Source: an uncultured virus (IMG/VR IMGVR_UViG_3300025372_000013) (taxonomy: Duplodnaviria; Heunggongvirae; Uroviricota; Caudoviricetes). From it: a DNA stretch of 64,000 nt. The position numbers and the translations under genes are program-made. A model generated the notes under the pieces. The model did not search any database, was not told where the DNA came from, and saw nothing but the letters and a program-made list of their open reading frames with translations. Each line of letters begins with the position of its first letter. Position 1 is the first letter of the stretch. Location: IMG/VR virus record IMGVR_UViG_3300025372_000013. One strand, given 5' to 3'. This document shows, piece after piece, positions 34,639 to 44,125 of the stretch.

Positions 34639-36614
34639 TACTTAGCCTCTCCCCAACGTTGCACAGTTTTAACGTCTGCGATCATAGGGATCTGCAGAGC
34701 ATTGATACCTTCCATAGCCTCACGAATAGCAGCCTCTGTCTCTTCGGCAAGATGGTCGGGAGTTACAGTAACAAGTTCATCGTGAATAGTTAAAATCAAG
34801 CTTGCCTCATCAGGGATAAGCTTGTTAGCCCTGATCATAGCCAACTTAATAAGATCTGCAGATGAACCCTGGATTACCGTGTTAAACGCCTGACGTTCTG
34901 CTCTGGAGCGTTCCCATTGTACATCTGATCTTAGTTCTGGCAGATAGCGGCGACGTCCCATATACGTAACAGCGTACGGAATAGGACTACGGTTCCGGCT
35001 CTCCTTGATTACCTGCTTCTTATACCGGGCAATAGCAGGGAACTTATGAGAGAACTCATCAAGTAACCGGCGTGCTTCAGGAACCGTTACCCCGATAGAG
35101 GTAGCGATCTTGTCAGGTCCCACGCCATACATCATGGCTAAAACCAAAGTTTTGGCAGCAGAGCGATCTACTCCAACTGTGCTGCCGATGGTGGTATAGA
35201 TATCCACACCATCCATATATGCGCCACACAAGATCCTGTCTTTAGAGAAAGAAGCAAGGACACGTGGCTCAATCTGGGAATAGTCAGCAACGACAAGCTT
35301 ATAACCTTCTGGGGCAATAAACAGGTTGCGGATAGCCTTACCGTTTTTAGTACGTGGGTTAGGTACGTTCTGTAGGTTAGGGTTACGACTAGAGAAACGA
35401 CCCGTCTCTGCACCATATTGAATGAAGTCAGTGTGGATGCGGTTCTTAATCATAATAGATTTCTTAGCCACAACCTTAGCTTTACCGCCGGTTGTGCGAG
35501 TAATGTCTCCGCCTAGATATGGAATTACATAAGTAGTAAGAAGCTTGTTAAGATCTGAGTACTCCAGTAGTGCATCTACCAAAGCGTCCTTGCCCTCAAA
35601 CATCTTTATGGCAGGCTCTGATACAGAAAAGTCATTTACCGTAGGCTCGGTGCCGGCATCGGCCCTCTTCTGTCCTGCAGGTGTGAGAACCTTAGGACGT
35701 AGCCCCCGCCCACCATCAGCCTTCTTAGAGAACAAGATAGTCTGCTTCTCTGGAACGCTGTTGATGTTAAAGGCCTTGCCGGCAAACTTGTAGATCTTTG
35801 CCTTAGTGGTCTCTAACTGAACCTCTAAGTCAGCTTTCAATGTAGATAGGGAGTTGACGTCAATGTCTGCACCTCGAAGCTCCATGCGGCAGATAACCTC
35901 AAGAACATCCATCTCAAGCTTAAAGATACCGGCTAGCTTATCGGTACCCAAGTCAGCGAGATACTTCTGGTAAAGCTTCCAAGTCCACTCTGCGTCTAAA
36001 CCAGCATAGGTAGCAACCTCATCAAAGGAGTACGCCTCTACTTCTTTACCTACGCCCTTGACCATCTCGTAGCCAAGCTCACGCTTCAAACAATCGGCTA
36101 GGCCAAGGTGTAGGCTGTTCCTTGTATTAAGAACAAAGGCAGCATTGAGTGTGCAGAAGTAAGGTTGAGCAGGAAGTTCTTTTACATACTTAGTTACGCT
36201 CTGTAGGTCAAACTTTAAGTTGTGGCCGATCTTGAGCTTATCGCCAGTAAACAATGGCTTGAGGGTCTTGAACACTTCTCCAGCAGTAAGTTGTTCTGGA
36301 GCCTCTGTAAAAATCTTAGTGGCCTTACGCTCATCCTTACTGTAATCAGAAGGACGAATAGGCAAACCTTTTAGAATGCGCTCTTGCGCAGAAGGAAGCA
36401 AAGGAAACTCAGTACGAACGTACTCACCGTTTGGATGGCCCATAGGAATAACATCTACACGGCCTTCGGTTGCCATGGCAATCCAAGTAACGATATTTAG
36501 ACGTGGGTCACCTCGGTGATCTCCCACGGTTTCCACGTCAAAGACAAAGGCGTCTTGTGCCATATAAGCGTCAAGAACCTCAGCAAGTTGTTCTGTAGTC
36601 GTAACTATATTCAT
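34638..36614 (-). CDS. polA: Family A DNA polymerase with 3'-5' exonuclease
   Basis: FDVET, HNLKFD, TGRFSS.NPNLQN, DYSQIE, K...L...YG, IQGSSAD, IHDEL. Confidence 0.95.
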   Translation of the reverse strand: MNIVTTTEQLAEVLDAYMAQDAFVFDVETVGDHRGDPRLNIVTWIAMATEGRVDVIPMGHPNGEYVRTEFPLLPSAQERILKGLPIRPSDYSKDERKATKIFTEAPEQLTAGEVFKTLKPLFTGDKLKIGHNLKFDLQSVTKYVKELPAQPYFCTLNAAFVLNTRNSLHLGLADCLKRELGYEMVKGVGKEVEAYSFDEVATYAGLDAEWTWKLYQKYLADLGTDKLAGIFKLEMDVLEVICRMELRGADIDVNSLSTLKADLEVQLETTKAKIYKFAGKAFNINSVPEKQTILFSKKADGGRGLRPKVLTPAGQKRADAGTEPTVNDFSVSEPAIKMFEGKDALVDALLEYSDLNKLLTTYVIPYLGGDITRTTGGKAKVVAKKSIMIKNRIHTDFIQYGAETGRFSSRNPNLQNVPNPRTKNGKAIRNLFIAPEGYKLVVADYSQIEPRVLASFSKDRILCGAYMDGVDIYTTIGSTVGVDRSAAKTLVLAMMYGVGPDKIATSIGVTVPEARRLLDEFSHKFPAIARYKKQVIKESRNRSPIPYAVTYMGRRRYLPELRSDVQWERSRAERQAFNTVIQGSSADLIKLAMIRANKLIPDEASLILTIHDELVTVTPDHLAEETEAAIREAMEGINALQIPMIADVKTVQRWGEAK

Positions 36615-36687
36615 TGCTCTCCCTAAGTTGTGTTAGGGGCCCGTAGAAAGGAGGATAAAACCGGGCCCCCAACATTAATGGACTAGA

Positions 36688-37383
36688 TTAGTTAGCTGCG
36701 ATTTCTCGAGCGATCTCTGCCAACTCAGCCTTTGTAGAAACGTGAAGAGCTTCACGTCCTAGAGGTTTCATTGTCTTGATCAACTCAGCGCAAGCGACTG
36801 GGTCTAGTTGCCATTCCTCAGCGAGGTCACGCTCCTTGACAGGAACGATTGAGTAAGCAGTCTTGGTACCTGTACCAGTCTTACTTACTGCCCAATATAG
36901 ATCAGGACGGTTCAAAGGACCCGTCTTTGGGTTAGAGGCAAGCTTCTCTAACTGACCACATAGGCGTACCCCTACAATCATCATCTGTAGCTGTGGCTCT
37001 TCATCAGAGAGGTTAAGAACTGTGAATGCAAACTTTTGGTCAGGCTTACTTCCCACAGCAATCAGTGGGTCGCCCTCACCAATGCTAATGAAAGACTTCT
37101 TGCCTGGACGGTTAATCCAGTGTTGCATAAACACGTGTGGTTCATCAGAAATGAACTTAATAAGCTGAACATCCTCATCAAAACGGAAGTCAGTAGCAAA
37201 AGTTTTGGTTGTCTTTGCAGTAGCCTTCTTAGCTGCTGCCCAACCTGTTTGGATTACAGAAGATTGCTCAGGGGCTTCGTTCTCATCTTCTTCTGTAAAG
37301 AGATCAACGAGTTCCTCCTCTGTAGGAGCTGCGTACTCGTTAACGTTTGGTACTGCGGTCTTGACTTTAAGTGAGCTGGTCAT
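36688..37383 (-). CDS. Probable single-stranded DNA-binding protein
   Basis: Position before polA; QHW...K...K.GTG..T.Y pattern of phage SSBs. Confidence 0.55.
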   Translation of the reverse strand: MTSSLKVKTAVPNVNEYAAPTEEELVDLFTEEDENEAPEQSSVIQTGWAAAKKATAKTTKTFATDFRFDEDVQLIKFISDEPHVFMQHWINRPGKKSFISIGEGDPLIAVGSKPDQKFAFTVLNLSDEEPQLQMMIVGVRLCGQLEKLASNPKTGPLNRPDLYWAVSKTGTGTKTAYSIVPVKERDLAEEWQLDPVACAELIKTMKPLGREALHVSTKAELAEIAREIAAN

Positions 37384-37443
37384 GTTGACCCTTTCGGTAG
37401 TTGGCTGATATCTAGGACTCTGTCGAGTCCGTACGATAGGTGG

Positions 37444-37911
37444 TTACTCGGTTTCTTGACTATGAATAAGCGTCCATGATTCCATCAATTCAATTGATAG
37501 ATCTGGATGCTTATTCCAGTCAACTCTGGGGGCACCGATGAGGCCCCGGTCTTGGAAACTTTTGATAGCAGATTCAATCATAGCTTTGGAATACATACGC
37601 CATCCTGGCTTCTTTACTCCATCTACAATCATAGACTTGAGACGATAGGGTGCACGTGGTATATAACCCTTGCGTTCCCAAAGTCTTACTGTCACTATCG
37701 GTCTTCCCAATGCTTGGCACAATGACCCAACACTGTAAAGTTCTACCGTCTTTCCATTCGGCAGATTTTTAACCTGTGGACTTGCATCCCAGGAATCTAA
37801 ATTAACTGGCTTCTTAGGAGCTACATCTGGATCTAAAGGACGACGCTTTCTTTTAGAACCAGGATAGTACTCATCCAGGTCCTCAAAGAACTTGTCTACC
37901 TTATCTTCCAT
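37444..37911 (-). CDS. MerR-like HTH DNA-binding protein
   Basis: YSVG.L..ALGR...T.R.WE..G.IP...R.Y. Confidence 0.8.
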   Translation of the reverse strand: MEDKVDKFFEDLDEYYPGSKRKRRPLDPDVAPKKPVNLDSWDASPQVKNLPNGKTVELYSVGSLCQALGRPIVTVRLWERKGYIPRAPYRLKSMIVDGVKKPGWRMYSKAMIESAIKSFQDRGLIGAPRVDWNKHPDLSIELMESWTLIHSQETE

Positions 37912-37912
37912 A

Positions 37913-38344
37913 TTAACCCTTTGCTAAGAACACATATGTTACGCTTTTAGGAAACATCCTGTCAATTTCTTCTTCTGTAAGAAGGCCTTCGTAAAGGCAG
38001 GCCATAACTTCTGCCTCATCTAATACAGGAACCATCTGATAGCAGCGGTCCTGCAATCCCTTTTCTTTTAGAAGGGAGTCTGCAACGTCTGCATCTAGTT
38101 TTTGAGATACTTTGCGCTGGCGTTGTAGGGCAGATACACCATCTACTTCTTCAGGCAACTGGTACCAGAGATGGCCCTTCTCATCTGGCTCGCCCTCAGT
38201 GTCTACTAATTCAATCAGATCTTTTTTCAAAGAATCACGCTGAGCAGACATGTCGTCTACGTTCTTCTTGAGTGTTAAATACGTACGTACTTTGCCCATA
38301 ATCCCTGGGTCTTTTGGATCTTCTTTCTTGATAACCTTTGGCAT
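37913..38344 (-). CDS. Gam/Gp157-like coiled-coil protein
   Basis: N-terminal coiled coil, LDE..V tail. Confidence 0.45.
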   Translation of the reverse strand: MPKVIKKEDPKDPGIMGKVRTYLTLKKNVDDMSAQRDSLKKDLIELVDTEGEPDEKGHLWYQLPEEVDGVSALQRQRKVSQKLDADVADSLLKEKGLQDRCYQMVPVLDEAEVMACLYEGLLTEEEIDRMFPKSVTYVFLAKG

Positions 38345-38362
38345 CTTTTACCCCCTGCCTAT

Positions 38363-38374
38363 AGGATACCCGAT
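38363..38374 (-). promoter_or_regulatory. Promoter ATCGG-G-TATCCT
   Basis: Repeated motif. Confidence 0.55.
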
Positions 38375-38535
38375 TATTCTAGGGATTGCAAATCAGTGTC
38401 AATATAGGCCTTTAGAGCCTCTACAATCACATCTGTGACGGTACGGCTATCCTCGGCTGCTTTAATTTTGACAGCAGACCAGAGCTCATCTGATACCCGG
38501 ATGGTGCGGGTTGGGGTCTTAGGTGCGTTTGGCAT
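38374..38535 (-). CDS. Ribbon-helix-helix protein (53 aa), leaderless
   Basis: MPNAPKTPTRTIRVSDELWSAVKIKAAEDSRTVTDVIVEALKAY; TAGACT 6 nt before ATG. Confidence 0.8.
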   Translation of the reverse strand: MPNAPKTPTRTIRVSDELWSAVKIKAAEDSRTVTDVIVEALKAYIDTDLQSLE

Positions 38536-38544
38536 AGGATAAGT

Positions 38545-40080
38545 CTAGACCGAAACGTTCTCTAAAAAAGCCCTAAGTGTGCCAACAGTTAAATTAACAC
38601 CGCCAGCTTCGTTGATACCCTCACCATCAATGATTGCATTAGCTACCGAAGTTTTTTGAACTAGCATGTCGTGCTGACGTTCTTCAATAGATCCTTCCAT
38701 CAAGAAGTCTTGAATTACTATAGAAGGCCATGTACTAGAAGCACGACGAATTCTTCCATTGCGCTGGATAGCGAGGCCCGCATTCCACGGGAGGTCGTAA
38801 TTAATGAGAAGATTAGCCTGAGGAAGATCCACACCATAGCCACCGGCATCACTAGAAACAAGAATACGACAATCTGGATCAGTTTGAAACCTGACCTTAG
38901 CAGACTCTTTAGCTTTTGCATCCATTTCCCCTGTATATCCCGCCGAAGCGTATTGTAGATTTTCCCTAATTAAGTGAACCATATGTACATAGCTAGTAAA
39001 GATAACTACCTTGTTATTATCATCTTGATCTAAGAAGTTATCTACATACTCTTTCAACGTCTCTAACTTAGTAGACCTTGATATCTTGTCTAGTTTTCCA
39101 GCCTCTTCTAACTCTCCCACATACTTTGAAGTAGCACGAGAGTTTAAAACTAGTTCGGGGTGGTCGCAAAGCATGCGAAGAGCCGTAAGCTTTGACATAA
39201 CCTTTCCTTTTAAGGCATCCATTATGGGATTGGTATTCTCTCCCGAGTAGTGGCTGAACAAATCAAAGGATGACCCAAAAGAGTCTACGGCCTCATCTAA
39301 GTCTTCTAGTAGTTCTCTTGCAATATGCTTATAGAGCTTTGCCCCGGCGCTATCAAACTCTACAAGAATAGGCTCTGCAAAGATAGTATCTGGTAGATAC
39401 GGTGCAACATCTGGATCCTGTTGGCGTTTGCGTACTGACGCCTCTTTCATCTTTGCACTTAAAGTAGATAGGTTACGGTAACTCTGAACCCCACCAAAGT
39501 GATTGCGAACTATAAAGGTTTTATCAAACAGGTCAAAGCGTCCAAGAACCTTCTTATCTACAAACTCCATAATGCTATAAAGCTCTTCTGGCTTACCATT
39601 TTCAATAGGCGTACCTGTCAAAGCAAAGCGAATAGGGCTTTCAAGCTTCTTTACGTATTTGGATCGTTTTGATCTGAAAGATTTAATTGCTGTGGCTTCG
39701 TCGCATACGACAAATCCCTTTGGGAGCCCATTAACTCCGTCATCCCAGTCGTTAACAACTTGCTCATAGTTGAGGATGATATGCGTGTACTTTCCTGAAA
39801 TGGCTTCGGCGTATTGAACTGCCCGCTGTTTCTTCGTTCCATCAATGACCAAAGGACTTGCAGTGCCACCAGTAAACTTCCTAATCTGTTCTGCCCACTG
39901 ATACTTCAGTGAGGATAGACAAATTATGATACCAGGTTCTGTTGGAGCAAGTTCCTCAAGTGCAGCAATTGTTAGAACAGTCTTACCTAAACCAAGATCG
40001 TAGGCAACAAGCATTTTTTTGCGTGCGACCATAGCCTCTACGGCTTCGACTTGGTAAGGTAAGAGTGTTCCTGTAAACAT
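38545..40080 (-). CDS. SNF2-family helicase/ATPase
   Basis: L.PYQ, DLGLGKT, DEAT, LTGTPIEN, GG.GVDL, QR.GRI.R. Confidence 0.93.
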   Translation of the reverse strand: MFTGTLLPYQVEAVEAMVARKKMLVAYDLGLGKTVLTIAALEELAPTEPGIIICLSSLKYQWAEQIRKFTGGTASPLVIDGTKKQRAVQYAEAISGKYTHIILNYEQVVNDWDDGVNGLPKGFVVCDEATAIKSFRSKRSKYVKKLESPIRFALTGTPIENGKPEELYSIMEFVDKKVLGRFDLFDKTFIVRNHFGGVQSYRNLSTLSAKMKEASVRKRQQDPDVAPYLPDTIFAEPILVEFDSAGAKLYKHIARELLEDLDEAVDSFGSSFDLFSHYSGENTNPIMDALKGKVMSKLTALRMLCDHPELVLNSRATSKYVGELEEAGKLDKISRSTKLETLKEYVDNFLDQDDNNKVVIFTSYVHMVHLIRENLQYASAGYTGEMDAKAKESAKVRFQTDPDCRILVSSDAGGYGVDLPQANLLINYDLPWNAGLAIQRNGRIRRASSTWPSIVIQDFLMEGSIEERQHDMLVQKTSVANAIIDGEGINEAGGVNLTVGTLRAFLENVSV

Positions 40081-40619
40081 TAGACAGTAGCCATCAATAA
40101 AGTTTTGATTGCAAACTCTAGTTCTTGAAGAGTAGAGTTGTTGTGTATATACGCATCAAACTCCCAGTTGTCTAGATCGTGCTCTGAAACATGAGAATTA
40201 ACAGCATCCACACCCTTACGTTCTACACGCCAAATTTGAGCACCGGAAAGACGCAAGGTTGTGGCCTCATTTTGAAAACGTACATCAGTAATGACGTAGT
40301 TCTTATCACCCGACATAGTGCGCAAAGCCTTGGTTACCCAAAGCTCTTCATCAATTACTTTTCTAGCACCTACGCCAAGTACCTGCAAAAGGCGGCGAAC
40401 TTCAGGTGCCTTCTTAGCAATCTCCCAACCATCACGATCTACACTGCCACGAAGGTACATAGGCTCACTAGCAACAGTGCTAACAATCGGATTGATTTCA
40501 TAAAGCAAATCCCTAATAGGATCTGCAAACGCAACACGCTCAAAGCCATGGTTATCTACAAGATACTTGGCAACAGTATCTTTACCTGACTGTGCGTAAC
40601 CTGATAGACCAATAATCAT
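40080..40619 (-). CDS. Deoxynucleoside monophosphate kinase
   Basis: IIGLSG..QSGKDT, FADP, RRLLQ.LG, ITDVRF.NE, H.SE. Confidence 0.92.
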   Translation of the reverse strand: MIIGLSGYAQSGKDTVAKYLVDNHGFERVAFADPIRDLLYEINPIVSTVASEPMYLRGSVDRDGWEIAKKAPEVRRLLQVLGVGARKVIDEELWVTKALRTMSGDKNYVITDVRFQNEATTLRLSGAQIWRVERKGVDAVNSHVSEHDLDNWEFDAYIHNNSTLQELEFAIKTLLMATV

Positions 40620-40759
40620 TCTTCCCCCTTTGTTGCTCTACGCTTCATGCAGCACGTGCAGTAGCTGTATGTATATCCTGTAAATGGGCATTGGGTTCCA
40701 GAACCCTCAATATAAGAGTGCCCCCATATATAACACTCAAGCTTATCTAACAACTTCAC
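40616..40759 (-). CDS. Small Cys/His-rich peptide (47 aa)
   Basis: C..WGH...CP.TG...C..C; GTGA and ATGA coupling at both ends. Confidence 0.55.
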   Translation of the reverse strand: MKLLDKLECYIWGHSYIEGSGTQCPFTGYTYSYCTCCMKRRATKGEE

Positions 40760-41724
40760 GCAAAAGCCGCCTCTCCAAATACAGAATGCTTAGCACCCTG
40801 TACACCCAGTATAACATCATCTACCCCCATATCGCCAATATCTTTGGCGTCAGTGGTGTAGTTAAAGAACTTGCACTCTAGCCCGTTCTCACGGATCTTT
40901 GCCAGCATCTCCTTGGATGCTTTAAGACCGGCAGCATCAATCTTTGGATTATCAAACGCAACAATCAAAGTATCTGCAGTACGCATTAGATCAAGCTGAT
41001 CTTTACTAAAAGACGCACCATAAGTTGCTACGCCTCCAGGTATTCCCAATGATGAGAGCTTTACGCAATCAAGAGGAGACTCAACTATGATCATAGGTCC
41101 ACCGGTATAGTTTCCAAAACCAAACAAAGTTTGGGACTTCTTGACACCGGTAGGGCGATTGCGAAATAGCCGGCTAGTCTGCCCCTTTTCCTGCCAACCC
41201 ATAAGCTTGTTAGTAAATGGCTCACGGATCGGTAGGATCCAAGATTCTGCTTTGCTATCCCAGACTACTCCGTAAGCCTCTACGGCCTCCATAGACAATC
41301 CTCGAGATGCTAAGGCCCACTCAGGAGGGGATGTAAAGACTGCCAACCTAGCTTCCGACATCTCAATAACTCTAGGAATAGGAACATACGAATTCTTAGA
41401 TTCCTCAAGCTGCTTGACTAGCAGGTCAAAGTTAACCTCGATATTTTGTCTGAGCCAATCACGGGCAGCATCAAAGTCTAATCTGCCAAACTCTGTTTGG
41501 AACTCATTAATCTCGGCAACAAGAGTAAACAGATTGCCCTTGTATCCGCAGGAGAAACAGTGGTGAACACCGGTCTCTACGTTAACTGACCATGACGGAT
41601 TTGAGTCCGGACGTCCAGTGCGCTCTAAGTGCATTGGACATAGACCCAAGAGCTCGTCTCCCCGCTGGGAAGTTTCAATACCCATGCGGAGTAAAGCACT
41701 CTCTACATCGCCCTCACGATACAT
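40756..41724 (-). CDS. dnaG: DNA primase (CHC2 zinc finger plus TOPRIM)
   Basis: CP.H...PS......HCFSCG; IVE..LD; AFDN; KDIGD. Confidence 0.9.
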   Translation of the reverse strand: MYREGDVESALLRMGIETSQRGDELLGLCPMHLERTGRPDSNPSWSVNVETGVHHCFSCGYKGNLFTLVAEINEFQTEFGRLDFDAARDWLRQNIEVNFDLLVKQLEESKNSYVPIPRVIEMSEARLAVFTSPPEWALASRGLSMEAVEAYGVVWDSKAESWILPIREPFTNKLMGWQEKGQTSRLFRNRPTGVKKSQTLFGFGNYTGGPMIIVESPLDCVKLSSLGIPGGVATYGASFSKDQLDLMRTADTLIVAFDNPKIDAAGLKASKEMLAKIRENGLECKFFNYTTDAKDIGDMGVDDVILGVQGAKHSVFGEAAFA

Positions 41725-41725
41725 G

Positions 41726-41932
41726 TTATTCCTCTTCTGTTGGCCTGTCTTCCATCTTCACATAATCTTCCGGCATATCTACCGGCGTTGGAGCAGTTGC
41801 TCTAGTACCGCAGAGAACGCACTCCATCTCTAGCATGTACATTGAGATCTCATAGTCTTGGAACATACACTGGACATTCCACAGCATTGATCCGCAGGGA
41901 CAAACGTGTGTAGGCTCTCCTGTTATATCCAT
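41726..41932 (-). CDS. Small zinc-ribbon protein
   Basis: G.PTHVCPCG...EC..CG. Confidence 0.75.
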   Translation of the reverse strand: MDITGEPTHVCPCGSMLWNVQCMFQDYEISMYMLEMECVLCGTRATAPTPVDMPEDYVKMEDRPTEEE

Positions 41933-41964
41933 AGCCTCTGTATAGTCTGGCTTAGGAATATCTC

Positions 41965-42213
41965 TTATATTTTTGATAATCGTAACCGCTTTCTTTCTCT
42001 AGGTGTTGTCCCGCCCCAAATGCCTTGTAGCCTAGGGGTTTTCATTGCGTAATCTAGACACTGATCCTTAATCCAACAGTCTTGACAAACCGCTTTTGCT
42101 TTTTCTACCTGATCAAGATCAGAGTAATAGCGAGGAAAGAAAAGGTCTGGGTCTTCATCTAGGCACAACTGGGTGCCATTAAAAGGACTAGATTGGCTGA
42201 CCAAAAGATCCAT
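41965..42213 (-). CDS. whiB: WhiB-family transcription regulator 3
   Basis: C...DPDLFFP, AKAVC..C.....CL.YA, GIWGGTTPRER. Confidence 0.92.
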   Translation of the reverse strand: MDLLVSQSSPFNGTQLCLDEDPDLFFPRYYSDLDQVEKAKAVCQDCWIKDQCLDYAMKTPRLQGIWGGTTPRERKRLRLSKI

Positions 42214-43423
42214 ACTCTTCAAAGCGTCCGCCCTCCCAGTCCCAAAGTAAGTCGCTAGTAGCTGGGCCAGAGTTACGGCTAGCCACGATGCGAAGTTCAC
42301 GTGAGGAATCATCTTCCTCGTCCTGTTTCTGAAGTCCCAAGATAACGTCTGAGTCTTGAAAGAATGATGAGGAGTAACCGATAGAGTCTGCACTTACCTG
42401 TCCCCGCTTCATCTTCCAAAGAAGAACCTGGGTTGAGATAACGATAGGGATGTTCTGCCTCTGCGCCAAACGCTTTAGGTTACGAGTAATGCTGGTAAGT
42501 GCTCCCGGAGTATTTGACTCTCCGCTTGCCTCATCAACCATCAAGTACACGCCGTCTACAAAAACAATATCTGGACGAATCTTTTCGATCTTTGCTTGAA
42601 GTCCTGAGACAGTCATAGCAGAGGAAGAATCCGTAAGATAGAACTTCTGCATGGAGTCCATCTTCTTAAGCGCATCTTTGTACCGGCGTTCTTCGTCAAG
42701 GTTGAGGTTTCCACGAACAAGTCGAGAGTGGGCAATCTTAGCTCGCATTGCATCGTGACGGTGTTGCTGCTCAATGTTGGTCATCTCAAAAGACTGGAAC
42801 ATAGGGACGTAACCATCTTCGTGCACGTTAACAGCAATCTGCATAGCTAGCACAGACTTACCTGTCTTAGGAGGAGCAATGATAGTAATTAGCTGACCTG
42901 GCTGTAACCCGGCAGTAGCTTCGTCAATAGTCTTGAAGCCGGTGCGGTAGCCAAGCAGACCCCCATCACGAGTCTTGATAGACATGTACTCATCAAAGCG
43001 CTTTTCAGGCGCCTCAGTAAGATCTATATCAGAGGTCTGTGCGATGCCCTCGTCAAAGATTGTAGAGATACCTTGAGCCATCTCTGCGATGGCCTTCTCG
43101 TGATCTCCAGAAGCAATGGACTCTGCAGCGTTCTGCACAACCTCAATAGTCTTTTGGCGCTTGCGATATTCAACAAGTTGATCTACAAGATACTCTAAAG
43201 AGTCTTCTACAGCAAGAAGTCGGTAAGTAGGAAAGTTATCCTTTACAGTAACGGCTGTAGGGACCTCTTCATACTTAGTCCAATGTTGCCTGATAAACTT
43301 CCAGACTGCACGATTCTCAGCATTGTAGAACCAGTTGTCTTCTAACCCTGCTTCCAAAGCGGGGATAATCTCTCGAGTTCTTACTACCCTAGAGATCAGC
43401 CTCTCTTCATTATCTGCCGCCAT
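42188..43423 (-). CDS. dnaB: DnaB-like replicative helicase
   Basis: G..TGF..ID....GLQPG, APPKTGKS, SFEM, FVDG..L, LK.LA, QD.D. Confidence 0.92.
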   Translation of the reverse strand: MAADNEERLISRVVRTREIIPALEAGLEDNWFYNAENRAVWKFIRQHWTKYEEVPTAVTVKDNFPTYRLLAVEDSLEYLVDQLVEYRKRQKTIEVVQNAAESIASGDHEKAIAEMAQGISTIFDEGIAQTSDIDLTEAPEKRFDEYMSIKTRDGGLLGYRTGFKTIDEATAGLQPGQLITIIAPPKTGKSVLAMQIAVNVHEDGYVPMFQSFEMTNIEQQHRHDAMRAKIAHSRLVRGNLNLDEERRYKDALKKMDSMQKFYLTDSSSAMTVSGLQAKIEKIRPDIVFVDGVYLMVDEASGESNTPGALTSITRNLKRLAQRQNIPIVISTQVLLWKMKRGQVSADSIGYSSSFFQDSDVILGLQKQDEEDDSSRELRIVASRNSGPATSDLLWDWEGGRFEEYGSFGQPI

Positions 43424-43826
43424 TGTTTGCCCCCAAGTCCATATACCAGTGCCCATAACGTAACCCACGTTCGGGTATATCAATCACATGCTTTACTTCT
43501 GGCCTGTAAGGTAGTTCGGCCACAAGGTCTGCCACAACGTTATATGCTGTAGCGTAATTAAATGGATTAGTACCTAGGTTATCTAAGTCCTCTAGGACTT
43601 CATCCATCTCGGCTTGAGAATAATCAAAGCCAACCAACTCTAAAGAGTAATCGTACGAATCTCTGAATCTCCAGAAGGTAGAAAGAGCTAACCGATTATA
43701 GGTAACCTCTTCTTCAGGAATAGAGATGCCCAGAACCTTTTTAAATGCTGGGCGACGATCTAGGATGCAGTCAAGAGTTACTAAGACTCTCATAGGAACT
43801 TCATTTGAAATGTCGCCCCCTTTCAA
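43410..43826 (-). CDS. Hypothetical protein, possibly degenerate HAD fold
   Basis: VLVTLDCIL...HVID. Confidence 0.5.
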   Translation of the reverse strand: MKGGDISNEVPMRVLVTLDCILDRRPAFKKVLGISIPEEEVTYNRLALSTFWRFRDSYDYSLELVGFDYSQAEMDEVLEDLDNLGTNPFNYATAYNVVADLVAELPYRPEVKHVIDIPERGLRYGHWYMDLGANNGGR

Positions 43827-43828
43827 GA

Positions 43829-44125
43829 TTAGATAACCTCTACCTTTCCGTACTTAAGCAAAAACTTTCTAAAGCTCTCGGGAGTTTCTTTTGCCTCGGC
43901 AGCCTCTTCTGTTGATGCCTTATTAGAAACTTCTACTGGGTATACGCCTTGATTGTTCGACATACGGTTGCGAACAAACTTTACGTGCTTGCACTGATTA
44001 CGAGAAGAATACCCAGGACAATCGCAACGCAGTCTTGTACTAACTACGTTAATGTCTACAAGGTGGACCCCAGTATCAGACAAGAAAAGTTGTGTTGCTT
44101 GCCAGTCGCTCATGGTCTTATCCAT
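43829..44125 (-). CDS. SWIM zinc-finger protein
   Basis: C.CP......CKH. Confidence 0.8.
   Translation of the reverse strand: MDKTMSDWQATQLFLSDTGVHLVDINVVSTRLRCDCPGYSSRNQCKHVKFVRNRMSNNQGVYPVEVSNKASTEEAAEAKETPESFRKFLLKYGKVEVI

Noticed and set aside
15014..43423. Inteins or introns in nrdJ, recA, polA, dnaB or SNF2
   Set aside because: ORFs are continuous, of normal length, and show no splicing motifs.
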